64,000 nt of DNA from a virus. The position numbers and the translations under genes are program-made. How positions within the stretch are numbered: the stretch's first letter is position 1; each line of letters opens with the position of its first letter. Shown here in pieces: positions 9,799-18,785 of the stretch. Under the pieces are notes generated by a model. That model ran no database searches. It was not told the origin of the DNA and saw nothing but the letters and a program-made list of their open reading frames with translations. The stretch covers positions 13,183 through 77,182 of IMG/VR virus record IMGVR_UViG_3300030329_003698. One strand, written 5' to 3'.

Positions 9799-10299
9799 AT
9801 GAAGGAGAAGGAAATAAACAACGAGGACTTTTTAGAGGCTTTAAAAGATATTAACAACTTAAAAATAATGAACAAGGTTTGCAGCTTTTATCAAAACATT
9901 TTGTCACAAGACGAATTGCACAGGTGTAAATTATTGGCATTATGGAAGGCGATGTGCAAATTTGACCCCTCCTGTGGAAAAAAGTTTACTTCTTATCTTT
10001 ACAATAGCGTAAAGTGGGAGTGTCAAAAAGAATTATATTGCGTTAATAAATATAGAAGAGGATCTTCATATAGCGATTCTCTGTTCGAGTGTTTCGACAG
10101 ATACGATACAGATATAATAGACGCCATAGAAAAGCTTCCAAATAAACTCAGCAAAGTTATAAAGCAGAAGTTTTTTGACAGCATGACGATGGAAGAGATT
10201 GGCTTAAAAAATCATTACAGTAGGGAGACCGCTAGACGAAATGTTAAAAGAGGTTTGGAAAAACTGAAAGAAATATGCAAATCGAGTTGGCGTGTGTAG
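9799..10299 (+). CDS. Sigma-70 family RNA polymerase sigma factor (regions 2 and 4)
   Basis: LWKAMCKFDPSCGKKFTSY (region 2); MTMEEIG..SRETARR HTH. Confidence 0.85.
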   Translation: MKEKEINNEDFLEALKDINNLKIMNKVCSFYQNILSQDELHRCKLLALWKAMCKFDPSCGKKFTSYLYNSVKWECQKELYCVNKYRRGSSYSDSLFECFDRYDTDIIDAIEKLPNKLSKVIKQKFFDSMTMEEIGLKNHYSRETARRNVKRGLEKLKEICKSSWRV

Positions 10300-10922
10300 A
10301 CAGAACAAGTAAGCACGATCTGATACTGGAAACTATTTTTTTAGCTTCAGACGAAAGGGTCTCGTGTGTTGCGCTACCATCAAGCTTCCTTGGTATGGTG
10401 GACTCAGACTTTAAAGATCACGCAACCTTCTCATCCGTAATAGATTTTCCTTACGGAATAAGCGATACATCTGTAAGGCTTCACGAAATCATTCTGTCTG
10501 TCAGGAGGTCTGCTTCTATAATAGATTTGGTACTAAACCCAAACTACATAGAAAATGGCGACTGGAAAAACATAAGAAAAGATATCAGATCTTGTCTTGC
10601 CATCTGCAATGAAAACAGCGTGGAGCTTAGACCTGTAATAGAGTACAGGTTATTCGACCAAAAGACTATAATTGAAACTTGCAGACTTCTATATGACTTA
10701 GGAGTCTACTCTATCGTAACTTCAACAGGGGCTATGGTAGACGACATTTCTGATAACGCGATCATATCCCACCAAATAACCTCAAAATCCGGTCTAAATG
10801 TAACAGCCTGTTCAAATATCTTCAAGCCAGATCAGATTTCCATATTCGAGTATATTGGCGTCCAAGGAATAAGAGTTCCCTCCCTTAAAACAGCGCAGAT
10901 TCTTCTTGATAATGGTGTATAA
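10275..10922 (+). CDS. DeoC-like TIM-barrel protein, catalytic lysines absent
   Basis: VIDFPYG, IDLV, VIE and TSTG motifs of DeoC; the KTSTG lysine is replaced by V. Confidence 0.75.
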   Translation: MQIELACVDRTSKHDLILETIFLASDERVSCVALPSSFLGMVDSDFKDHATFSSVIDFPYGISDTSVRLHEIILSVRRSASIIDLVLNPNYIENGDWKNIRKDIRSCLAICNENSVELRPVIEYRLFDQKTIIETCRLLYDLGVYSIVTSTGAMVDDISDNAIISHQITSKSGLNVTACSNIFKPDQISIFEYIGVQGIRVPSLKTAQILLDNGV

Positions 10923-10925
10923 TAT
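10915..10925 (+). promoter_or_regulatory. GTGTATAATAT putative phage promoter
   Basis: Contains TATAAT; identical 11-mer at 20164 and 6412; precedes an intergenic gap. Confidence 0.55.
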
Positions 10926-10992
10926 ACTAGGATTGGACTTTTATTAATCAGGACAAATAGGATGATAGCCATGCACAGAAAGGTGTTTTACA

Positions 10993-11562
10993 ATGGCTAC
11001 AACTACAGTATCAGGTACAGGCACAAAGAACAATGGTGGAACTGTTCTAGGTGTCACTTCTCAAACCACCACAACGGCAGGCTCTCCTGTAACAAGAACT
11101 CTTCAAGTAAGCGACCTTGCTGTTTCTGAAACTCCAGATATTGGTTATGGAGCCAAGATTGTTGCTCTAACTGGTAGCAAGTGGAAGCCCGGAGTTCAGA
11201 CCGCCAAGGGTTCTGGCACTCTGGCTTACCAACCCACAGCCGACGATCCTCAGTTCTTGATTCGTGGCCATTCTTCCAAGATCAACAACGTTGCCTCAAC
11301 CCTGTTGACCTTCCCCGGAAGCGAAACTGGCGAGCGCGTTGCCATTCACGATTTGTCTGAAACTGAACGAATTCACATTACTAGCATCAATTACGTCACC
11401 GGTATCGCAACCGATGGTGGAAATGCTGGCGACAATGTTTCGTTCAACGCCGATAACGCTGCCACACCTACTCGTGCAGTTCCCGGCGAATTCACCATTC
11501 TGGAAGACTTTGTTACGTTTACGAACAACAACAAAGACTATCCCGCCAAGACTGGTGGCTAA
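10993..11562 (+). CDS. Thr/Gly-rich protein, possible virion structural protein
   Basis: Composition; AAGG SD; flanked by candidate promoter and terminator. Confidence 0.6.
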   Translation: MATTTVSGTGTKNNGGTVLGVTSQTTTTAGSPVTRTLQVSDLAVSETPDIGYGAKIVALTGSKWKPGVQTAKGSGTLAYQPTADDPQFLIRGHSSKINNVASTLLTFPGSETGERVAIHDLSETERIHITSINYVTGIATDGGNAGDNVSFNADNAATPTRAVPGEFTILEDFVTFTNNNKDYPAKTGG

Positions 11563-11586
11563 TCAGACCTTGATATGCCTTTAACC

Positions 11587-11624
11587 GGAGGGGTCGGCGG
11601 TCAACAACCTCGACCCCTCCTTTT
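11587..11624 (+). terminator. Rho-independent terminator
   Basis: GGAGGGGTCG/CGACCCCTCC 10-bp perfect stem followed by TTTT. Confidence 0.85.
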
Positions 11625-11638
11625 ACCTTGGAGATAAC

Positions 11639-11959
11639 ATGGAGTCAACTCTTTTTTCAGCCCCGTCGTTGGCGGCAATAGTTGCTATAGTCATGGGTCT
11701 AGGAAAGGTTATTGAAATACTTATATTAAAATCAGTACCACAAAAATCCGTACTGATGGATGACGAAAGAGCGTGGATGCAACATACTTATAAGGTTATA
11801 TCAAAGCAGGATGCTGATGGAACTCCTTTGGTTTATGTCCCAAGAAGTTGGGCAGAAACTCAAAAAGAGATGCAACACATCATGACACAAATCGTGAATG
11901 ATCAAAGAAGGATCGCTGATATATTAGATAGAATAGAAAAAAAATTAGAGAACGATTAA
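11639..11959 (+). CDS. Single-TM membrane protein, holin-like
   Basis: N-terminal hydrophobic helix and C-terminal coiled coil (RIADILDRIEKKLE). Confidence 0.5.
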   Translation: MESTLFSAPSLAAIVAIVMGLGKVIEILILKSVPQKSVLMDDERAWMQHTYKVISKQDADGTPLVYVPRSWAETQKEMQHIMTQIVNDQRRIADILDRIEKKLEND

Positions 11960-12550
11960 ATGTTATTAGTCCCCTACCGCGAAGCAATGTCCCAAATTCA
12001 AGAGGCAGATGTTTTACTGTTTCGCGGTGAGGGGCTAGTTTCTTGGCTGATTAAAAGATATGGCAGCGGAGTTCACAGCCACGCTGCAATGGCGCACTGG
12101 GATGACGATGATCTACAGTGTGTAGAGTTTAGAGAGTTTAAAGGTGGGAGAGCCGTGTCTATGAAATCGCAGGTGGAAACCCACCCCGACAACATAGATG
12201 TTTTTAGAGCGGCTAACTATCTTGAGTTTGAAAATGTTGGACACAGATTAACAAAAGATGTGGCTAACGAAATAACAGATGTCATGGGAGGCATCACAGG
12301 CTTGCCATACGGATGGGCAAACTTTTGGAAATTAGGGAAACACTATTTGCCATTTTGCAGGCTGGCAGAACAAAACATGAAAGACAACGACCCCACCAAT
12401 GTGTTTGTTTGTAGTACAGCCGTAGCCTACGCTTACAGACAGGCGTACATAGACCCTGTACCATATCTTGCCGATTCTGCGGTTACTCCTGCGGATCTTG
12501 CGAGGTCTTGTCTTTTCAAATATAAATTTACCATCAAAAAAGACTGGTAA
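11960..12550 (+). CDS. Permuted papain-like (YiiX/YebB, NlpC/P60) amidase
   Basis: ADVLLFRG, SHAAM (His), GLPY, FVCST (Cys), TPADL. Confidence 0.8.
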   Translation: MLLVPYREAMSQIQEADVLLFRGEGLVSWLIKRYGSGVHSHAAMAHWDDDDLQCVEFREFKGGRAVSMKSQVETHPDNIDVFRAANYLEFENVGHRLTKDVANEITDVMGGITGLPYGWANFWKLGKHYLPFCRLAEQNMKDNDPTNVFVCSTAVAYAYRQAYIDPVPYLADSAVTPADLARSCLFKYKFTIKKDW

Positions 12551-12650
12551 ATGCAACTTCAGGATTTAGGGACTGTATTTTTAGGATTTGTAATTTCAAT
12601 TATATTTTAGGCGCTACGACGAAGGTCAAGAGCGATTGAGGAACACAACC

Positions 12651-14615
12651 ATGAAAAAGCTTCTATTCTTAGCGGCTCTATTTCTTGGAGTCGCACTCAA
12701 TACAGCTACAGCGAATGCTCAACGTCTCACCATAGACCAGTCGCTAGAAGCTGTTTGCAGAGTGAACACCAGCAGTGGTCGCGGAAGCGGCACAGTTTTT
12801 GCGGAAGATGAAGAGAATTACTACATTATGACTAATGGTCATGTAGTTGGGAGATCATCAAGAGGAACAGTTGAGTTTTTTCAAGATGGTTATAAGTCTT
12901 CCAACATACCATTCAAGACAGAATACACTGCTTACAAAGATGGCACGGCATTAGACTTAGCAGTTCTATCTGTCAAAAAACAGTTTTTTGGAAGATACCC
13001 TCCCAGAGTAATTCCGCTAGCTCCTCGTGGGACAAAAATTAAAGCTAACGATTTAGTTCAAGCTGGAGGTTGTCCATCAGCACAATGGGCCTGCGCTTGG
13101 AAAGGGAGAGTTCTAAGAAACGCTGGAGCAGTCATAAGCTTTAATGCCGCCCCAATAGGTGGTCAATCAGGAAGCGGAGTACTTATCGTTATTAAAGACG
13201 AGAAAGGCGAAGAACAAACTCGTATCGGCATCCTCTTAGCTTGGAGAGTAGGAGACGGAGCCTACACCGATGACGGCCCAACAGATTATGGTGCTGGTCT
13301 ATCTTTAAAACAAATCTATGCAATTTTAGATGGAAACGGCCAAGGACATCCAATTGAAACATCTTACAAAATTATTTCTGATGTCCCTAAACAGGCCAAG
13401 CCAGAAAGACTTAGTAAGATTTGCCCAAACTGTGGAAAAAAGATTGAAGACCATGTTATCATCCCCAAGGACGGCGGTCTTATGAGAACGGAAAAGGGAG
13501 AGTTTATGTTCTGCCCTGAGCTTAAGTTTGCAGATGGAGGCATTGCAGACACGGCTCGATATTACAAGGGGATAAAAGTTGGAGAGCTATACGATGGAAA
13601 CGGTCTGTTTCCTTGGTGTCCTCTCAACCCGTGTCCTCCTCCCAATCGACCTCAACCACCACAACCCGGACCTCAGCCGCCAAATGGCGGGGGAAATGGG
13701 GGCGGCGGCGGATTTAACCCTTGGCCGGGACGACCAGATCCCGACAATGGTGGACCCACAGATCCTCCCAGCAACGATTTTGAAAAAGAGAAACAACAGT
13801 ATCTTGACAAAATTGCCGAACTTCAAGAAAAGCTTACTAATTTAGAAGCTCTATCTGAAAGCCTAAAGGCCGAATTGTCTGGCACTACTGGAAACTTACA
13901 AAAATCTCAGGATGAAATTAGTGGTCTCAGAGATCTTCTTGGTAGAGTTGAAGGTGAAAAAACTAATTTACAGATTAGAATTACAGAATTAATTAATACA
14001 CTTCAACAAAAAGAGGATCTCTTAGATAATTCAGGACATTACCTAGACGAAGCTACCGGGGGAAATGGAAACACCGTAGAGAACGTTAGTTTTACCCTCG
14101 GTGGAGCTAGCTTGGGAATGCTTGCATTAAAGTATGGTGTCCCCTTTCTACTTAGGAGGAGAAGAAAAAAGAAAAAAGAGGATGACGAAAACGACGATGA
14201 TGGGTATGATATTGATAGGAAACCACCGTCCGACGACGGTTGCGGAGACCACGTACAAAAGCATGTTCATGAACATCAACACTACGGTATTCCAGATTGT
14301 GGACCCGTGAGACCATCAGAACATCCAGAAGAGTACGTTATGGATAGACGAGATCTTCCCAGAGGAAGAAGCGTAGACGAGATGCCTAACGATTTTCTCC
14401 CTTACGGATTAAGGACAACACCAGTATCGACCCCCGGACTAGCACCACAATTGCCACATGTACCATTTGGTTCAAGGAAGTCTATTGGCTCAGAGCAGAT
14501 TATGACTACTCTGGGAGAATTGGTAAACGAGTACGGAGACGATCACACTATGACCGCTTTTCAGATTGACACTTTGTTACGACAAAGACTTAAGAAGAAG
14601 TATAATATCGAGTAA
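12651..14615 (+). CDS. Membrane-anchored trypsin-like serine protease
   Basis: Signal peptide; TNGH, DLAVL, GQSGSG triad; Pro/Gly linker, coiled coil, TM followed by RRRRKKKK. Confidence 0.85.
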   Translation: MKKLLFLAALFLGVALNTATANAQRLTIDQSLEAVCRVNTSSGRGSGTVFAEDEENYYIMTNGHVVGRSSRGTVEFFQDGYKSSNIPFKTEYTAYKDGTALDLAVLSVKKQFFGRYPPRVIPLAPRGTKIKANDLVQAGGCPSAQWACAWKGRVLRNAGAVISFNAAPIGGQSGSGVLIVIKDEKGEEQTRIGILLAWRVGDGAYTDDGPTDYGAGLSLKQIYAILDGNGQGHPIETSYKIISDVPKQAKPERLSKICPNCGKKIEDHVIIPKDGGLMRTEKGEFMFCPELKFADGGIADTARYYKGIKVGELYDGNGLFPWCPLNPCPPPNRPQPPQPGPQPPNGGGNGGGGGFNPWPGRPDPDNGGPTDPPSNDFEKEKQQYLDKIAELQEKLTNLEALSESLKAELSGTTGNLQKSQDEISGLRDLLGRVEGEKTNLQIRITELINTLQQKEDLLDNSGHYLDEATGGNGNTVENVSFTLGGASLGMLALKYGVPFLLRRRRKKKKEDDENDDDGYDIDRKPPSDDGCGDHVQKHVHEHQHYGIPDCGPVRPSEHPEEYVMDRRDLPRGRSVDEMPNDFLPYGLRTTPVSTPGLAPQLPHVPFGSRKSIGSEQIMTTLGELVNEYGDDHTMTAFQIDTLLRQRLKKKYNIE

Positions 14616-14627
14616 AGGAGATATAAT

Positions 14628-15419
14628 ATGTCTGATAATTTATCAACCCCTACCCACGACGCAATCATCCCTTATATGTTTGAGGGTGTAAAGTGGGCTA
14701 TCCCCAATGTAGGGGACAACAAAGAGACTCACAACCTAGCTCTAGGCCGGTTGTTTGACAAGATTGGCGAGCATCTACAGGCGTTTTCTGTTAGAACAGA
14801 CTGCTTCGTTCCCGGTCCCCCAACACTTGGGGCCGTGAAGCATTTTCACAATATGTTTGTTCGTCTAAACGATCTTATTGATGTTAACACTAAGAGAGAT
14901 AATGTGGAGCGTCTTGAAGCTCACCATATTACGCACGAGCGTAGAGCATTCAAGGTCTACCCCATTAGATATTTTGATGTCAAGAATGACTACTGCCGTC
15001 GATGGATCGAGCTTTGCTTGCAAGCTATGAGCAATATTGTTCAGCTTAGTGAGAACACTTGGTCAAACGACTGGAGTGAGTCTACCGCCATTGAAATCAA
15101 AAAACTATTCCGTGAGGCGTATCGCCTAATGTGTGTAGAACTCTTTAGAGTTCCTTATGCCGACGCTGAAAAAGTTTTTGATAACAACACCCCGTTCTTC
15201 TTGACATCAGAACATTTTTCTGGTTATGATGTCTCTCACATTCCCACTATCGAATGGATTAAACATCCGGCTCTCGGTAGTGAGTTTACAGAAGACGAAC
15301 TTAGACCTATTTCCACCAACAATGTTCCAGTCGCTCCCGGCGTTGTCGAGAATGATGGAAACTCTCCCCAGCGCGAACTCGAAAGACGTATGCAGGGTGG
15401 TGGCGAAGTGGTCAACTAG
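14628..15419 (+). CDS. Hypothetical alpha-helical protein
   Basis: Strong AAGGAG SD; 263-aa ORF. Confidence 0.75.
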   Translation: MSDNLSTPTHDAIIPYMFEGVKWAIPNVGDNKETHNLALGRLFDKIGEHLQAFSVRTDCFVPGPPTLGAVKHFHNMFVRLNDLIDVNTKRDNVERLEAHHITHERRAFKVYPIRYFDVKNDYCRRWIELCLQAMSNIVQLSENTWSNDWSESTAIEIKKLFREAYRLMCVELFRVPYADAEKVFDNNTPFFLTSEHFSGYDVSHIPTIEWIKHPALGSEFTEDELRPISTNNVPVAPGVVENDGNSPQRELERRMQGGGEVVN

Positions 15420-15456
15420 CCGCTAATTACACTAGGATATAAAAGGAAGGATTCCG

Positions 15457-16404
15457 ATGAAGAGGACTATTTGTATCGCTGCGTTTTTTGTAGCTTTGTT
15501 TGCTACCGCTGCAAACGCACAGGACAACGCACTCTATCAACATCTGCAAGACGTTTCTGTTACCGTAAAGGCGTCAGGTGGGGAAGGCTCTGGCATTATC
15601 GTAACACGAGAAGTCGAAGTCTCCCCAAACGTCAAGCAGAAGGTCAATTTTGTTTGGACTGCGGCTCATGTTGTAGACGGCCTTAGATCAGCTAGGGTTG
15701 TCATTAAAAATGGAAAACCTACAACAGTCGTAGAGTTTAAGGACGCTCAAATTGTTAAAGAATTAGTAGAGGATGGTCGCAGGGTTGGCGAATTCAAGAT
15801 GGAAGCCAAAGTAATCAAATACTCCGACGCTGAAAACGGAGAAGACTTGGCTCTCTTGATGGTTAGGAAGAAGGGGTTTATTGATAAGACCACTACTTTC
15901 TACAAAGATTCTGGCAAGCCAGTCGCTATTGGTACTGAGCTATATCATGTTGGCTCTCTACTAGGCCAAGTTGGAAGTAACTCGATGACGCGAGGCATTT
16001 GCTCTCAAGTTGGTAGAGTTCTTGATCTTGGCACTGGGGATGGAGTAGTCTTCGACCAAACAACAGTAACAGCATTTCCCGGTTCTAGTGGTGGTGGAGT
16101 ATTCCTTAGCGAACGTAGCAAGGAAAAAGCCGGTCAATATGTGGGAATGCTTGTTCGTGGTGCTGGGGAAACTTTCAATCTGATTGTCCCCGTAAGGCGA
16201 ATGAGGTCTTATGCAAAGAAAGAGGGGGTTTTGTGGGCCATTGACACAAATATCAAGGTTCCCACCATTCAAGATATCTCATCTTTGTCAGCAGAAGGCC
16301 CGAAGGCGCAGCAAACGCCCGGAACCAAAGCCACTAAAGACGCTGTTAAATTTCCCGTTCTTCCACTAAGAAGTGGTGAAAAAAATGAGATCAAGAGGAA
16401 GTAA
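15457..16404 (+). CDS. Exported trypsin-like serine protease
   Basis: Signal peptide ending ANA-Q; TAAH, DLALL, PGSSGGG. Confidence 0.88.
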   Translation: MKRTICIAAFFVALFATAANAQDNALYQHLQDVSVTVKASGGEGSGIIVTREVEVSPNVKQKVNFVWTAAHVVDGLRSARVVIKNGKPTTVVEFKDAQIVKELVEDGRRVGEFKMEAKVIKYSDAENGEDLALLMVRKKGFIDKTTTFYKDSGKPVAIGTELYHVGSLLGQVGSNSMTRGICSQVGRVLDLGTGDGVVFDQTTVTAFPGSSGGGVFLSERSKEKAGQYVGMLVRGAGETFNLIVPVRRMRSYAKKEGVLWAIDTNIKVPTIQDISSLSAEGPKAQQTPGTKATKDAVKFPVLPLRSGEKNEIKRK

Positions 16405-16717
16405 TTTAGTATTGGCGTTTTTAGCTTGCACCATAGCGAACATAGGTTTAACATTATACTATTTTGAGTATATACCAAAAAGACAAGTTGAACAAACAAC
16501 ATCCCCCAAATCGCTAGTCGACACGACTGTTTTAGCCGCTGGCATAGAGAGCGCTAACAGACAAGGTGTTATGAGGGATACAGTTATACTTCAACAAGTC
16601 TTGAAGGTTCAACACCAGCTTGATATGCACAAGACCCAAAGAATTGCTATGTGTCCAAGTTGTTCAGGTGGGTCTACCCATACGAAGTTTAACTACACCA
16701 AGGATGATATTCAATGA
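16385..16717 (+). CDS. Single-TM membrane protein with CxxC
   Basis: Hydrophobic helix LVLAFLACTIANIGLTLYYF; CPSC. Confidence 0.6.
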   Translation: MRSRGSNLVLAFLACTIANIGLTLYYFEYIPKRQVEQTTSPKSLVDTTVLAAGIESANRQGVMRDTVILQQVLKVQHQLDMHKTQRIAMCPSCSGGSTHTKFNYTKDDIQ

Positions 16718-16753
16718 AATGGATTTCGTATACTTTTTTATCGGAGAAAAGAG

Positions 16754-16927
16754 ATGTCTGACAAGCTCGCTGTTCTATTTAAGTCCCGAAGATTTTGGGT
16801 CGCGGTCGCTGGAGTTGTCATAACGACAACCAATATTTTTGGCTTAGACCTAAACCCTGACCAAGTCCAGAACATCGTCGTCATCGGCGGCGCTTGGATT
16901 GTTGGCGACAGTCTAAGGACTACGTAA
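16754..16927 (+). CDS. 57-aa two-TM holin-like protein (not in ORF track)
   Basis: MSDKLAVLFKSRRFWVAVAGVV...IVVIGGAWIVGDSLRTT; GGAG SD; KSRxFW start is common in small phage holins. Confidence 0.65.
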   Translation: MSDKLAVLFKSRRFWVAVAGVVITTTNIFGLDLNPDQVQNIVVIGGAWIVGDSLRTT

Positions 16928-16937
16928 GGATTTTATA

Positions 16938-17900
16938 ATGGGCATAGATGCCGACAGTAGGATTTTGGTAACAGGCGGAAAAGGATTTCTTGGAAGGGTC
17001 GTCTGTGAGAAGCTTAAAGCTGTTGGTTACAATAGAGTGATAGACCTTCCGGGTTCTCGCGCGCCAATGTCTCTTGACCTGACTAGGCACGTAGATGTAG
17101 CACATTTATTCAACTATCATAAGCCTGACATAGTAGTGCATTTAGCTGCTAGGGTTGGTGGTATTGGAGCGAACAAAGAGAACCCCGGAAGGTTTTTTTA
17201 CGACAACATGGCTATGGGGCTTCATCTGATAGAAGAAGCAAGAAAGAACAATTGTGAAAAGTTTTTATTAACTAGCACAGTTTGCTCTTACCCAAAATTC
17301 ACTCCGGTTCCATTTAAAGAATCTGATATATGGGATGGGTATCCAGAAGAAACAAACGCTCCATACGGCATAGCAAAAAAAGCTCTCATGGAGATGCTTC
17401 AGGCTTACAGAAACCAATATGGGTTTAACGGAATAACTCTCATTCCAGTTAACATGTATGGCCCCGGAGATAATTTTGATCCAAACAGCAGCCACGTTAT
17501 ACCTGCCCTGATACTCAAATTCAAAAAGGCTGTAGCGAATGGCGAAAAAGAGGTTGTTGTTTGGGGTACTGGAAGCGCAAGTCGAGAATTCTTATATGTA
17601 GATGATTGCGCTGACGCAATTGTCGCGGCTCTAGAAAAGTATGAAGAGCCTTACCCTGTCAATATAGGGACAGGCCAAGAAGTCACCATTAAAGATTTAG
17701 CCACTATGATTGCAGAGATCTGTGGTTTTGGGGGAGAAATTGTCTGGGACTCGTCTAAACCAGACGGTCAACCAAGAAGATGCCTCGACACACAAATGGC
17801 AAAATCATATTTTGGCTTTGAAGCTTCTATGGATCTAAGACAAGGACTTATAAACACCGTGAAGTGGTTCGATGAAAGTAATATTCTCAACAGTTATTAG
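16938..17900 (+). CDS. fcl: GDP-L-fucose synthase
   Basis: TGGKGFLG, HLAARVGGIGAN, YGIAK, NMYGPGDNF, WGTGSASREFLYVDD, KPDGQPRR. Confidence 0.92.
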   Translation: MGIDADSRILVTGGKGFLGRVVCEKLKAVGYNRVIDLPGSRAPMSLDLTRHVDVAHLFNYHKPDIVVHLAARVGGIGANKENPGRFFYDNMAMGLHLIEEARKNNCEKFLLTSTVCSYPKFTPVPFKESDIWDGYPEETNAPYGIAKKALMEMLQAYRNQYGFNGITLIPVNMYGPGDNFDPNSSHVIPALILKFKKAVANGEKEVVVWGTGSASREFLYVDDCADAIVAALEKYEEPYPVNIGTGQEVTIKDLATMIAEICGFGGEIVWDSSKPDGQPRRCLDTQMAKSYFGFEASMDLRQGLINTVKWFDESNILNSY

Positions 17901-18783
17901 AGCAGCCAAACAAGGCGATGTTCACGGCGGGTTGTATGTTGTAGATCTATTCAACAATGTACCCTTGGTACACATTCCCTATGAAAAAGCTTTCGTAAAC
18001 GACAACGAGCGTGGGGGAGAGAGAGGTCTAAGGGGCGTTATTGTTTTAGATGACAGAGTGATAGTTGCTGACGCCAACGGTCTATTAGAATTAGACAAAG
18101 AAACGCTACAAATAACAAAAGTCCTGCAAGACAGAAACATCTTTAAATCTGTACATGAAATTTGTTATTACGATAAAAGCATATGGGTTACTTCAACCGG
18201 ATACGACGCGATAGTCAGGGTTGGCTTGGACCTGCAAGTTTTAGAGTTCTGGGAGATCTTGGGCGAAAGCAAAGAAGATCATAAGCTGTTTACAGGAAAG
18301 CAACAGATAGATCCCAGCAAAGCTAGCGAAGATGACAAATACCACATCAACTCAATATCATCTTTCAATGGAAGGCTTGTATTCTCGGGCCTGATAACCC
18401 CGCTGTATGATTTTCATACAATGGAAGTCGTAAGTCCAATGCCCACTATAAATGGAGTAAAAAGCTTTCAACATAATTTCTATGAATACGAAGACTGCAC
18501 ATTAATTAACATGACCAGTCTTAAACACGTTGGAATAATAAAAGACGGACAGGAAATCTTTATTCCAGTGCCTGCTACAAACCTAGCCCACTTTTCTGTG
18601 GATAAGATAGCAGAAAATAACTGGAATAGAGGGTTGACTAGACATCAAAATCTTGCTATAATAGGGTCTTCTCCCGCAAGATTGATGGTGTTGGATATGG
18701 ATACTGGACAGTTCGTACACCACGTCCAGTTGGAAAAAGATGTCAGACACGCAATCCACGGTTTAGAAATTTTAGAGGTGTAA
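17872..18783 (+). CDS. Beta-propeller-like protein, paralog of 61946..62968
   Basis: SVIR/TVIR..GD.HGGLY and GG(E/D)RGLRG shared with the paralog. Confidence 0.65.
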   Translation: MKVIFSTVIRAAKQGDVHGGLYVVDLFNNVPLVHIPYEKAFVNDNERGGERGLRGVIVLDDRVIVADANGLLELDKETLQITKVLQDRNIFKSVHEICYYDKSIWVTSTGYDAIVRVGLDLQVLEFWEILGESKEDHKLFTGKQQIDPSKASEDDKYHINSISSFNGRLVFSGLITPLYDFHTMEVVSPMPTINGVKSFQHNFYEYEDCTLINMTSLKHVGIIKDGQEIFIPVPATNLAHFSVDKIAENNWNRGLTRHQNLAIIGSSPARLMVLDMDTGQFVHHVQLEKDVRHAIHGLEILEV

Positions 18784-18785
18784 AA

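Noticed and set aside
13620-13775. GC-rich low-complexity stretch
   Set aside because: Explained by the Pro/Gly linker of the protease.
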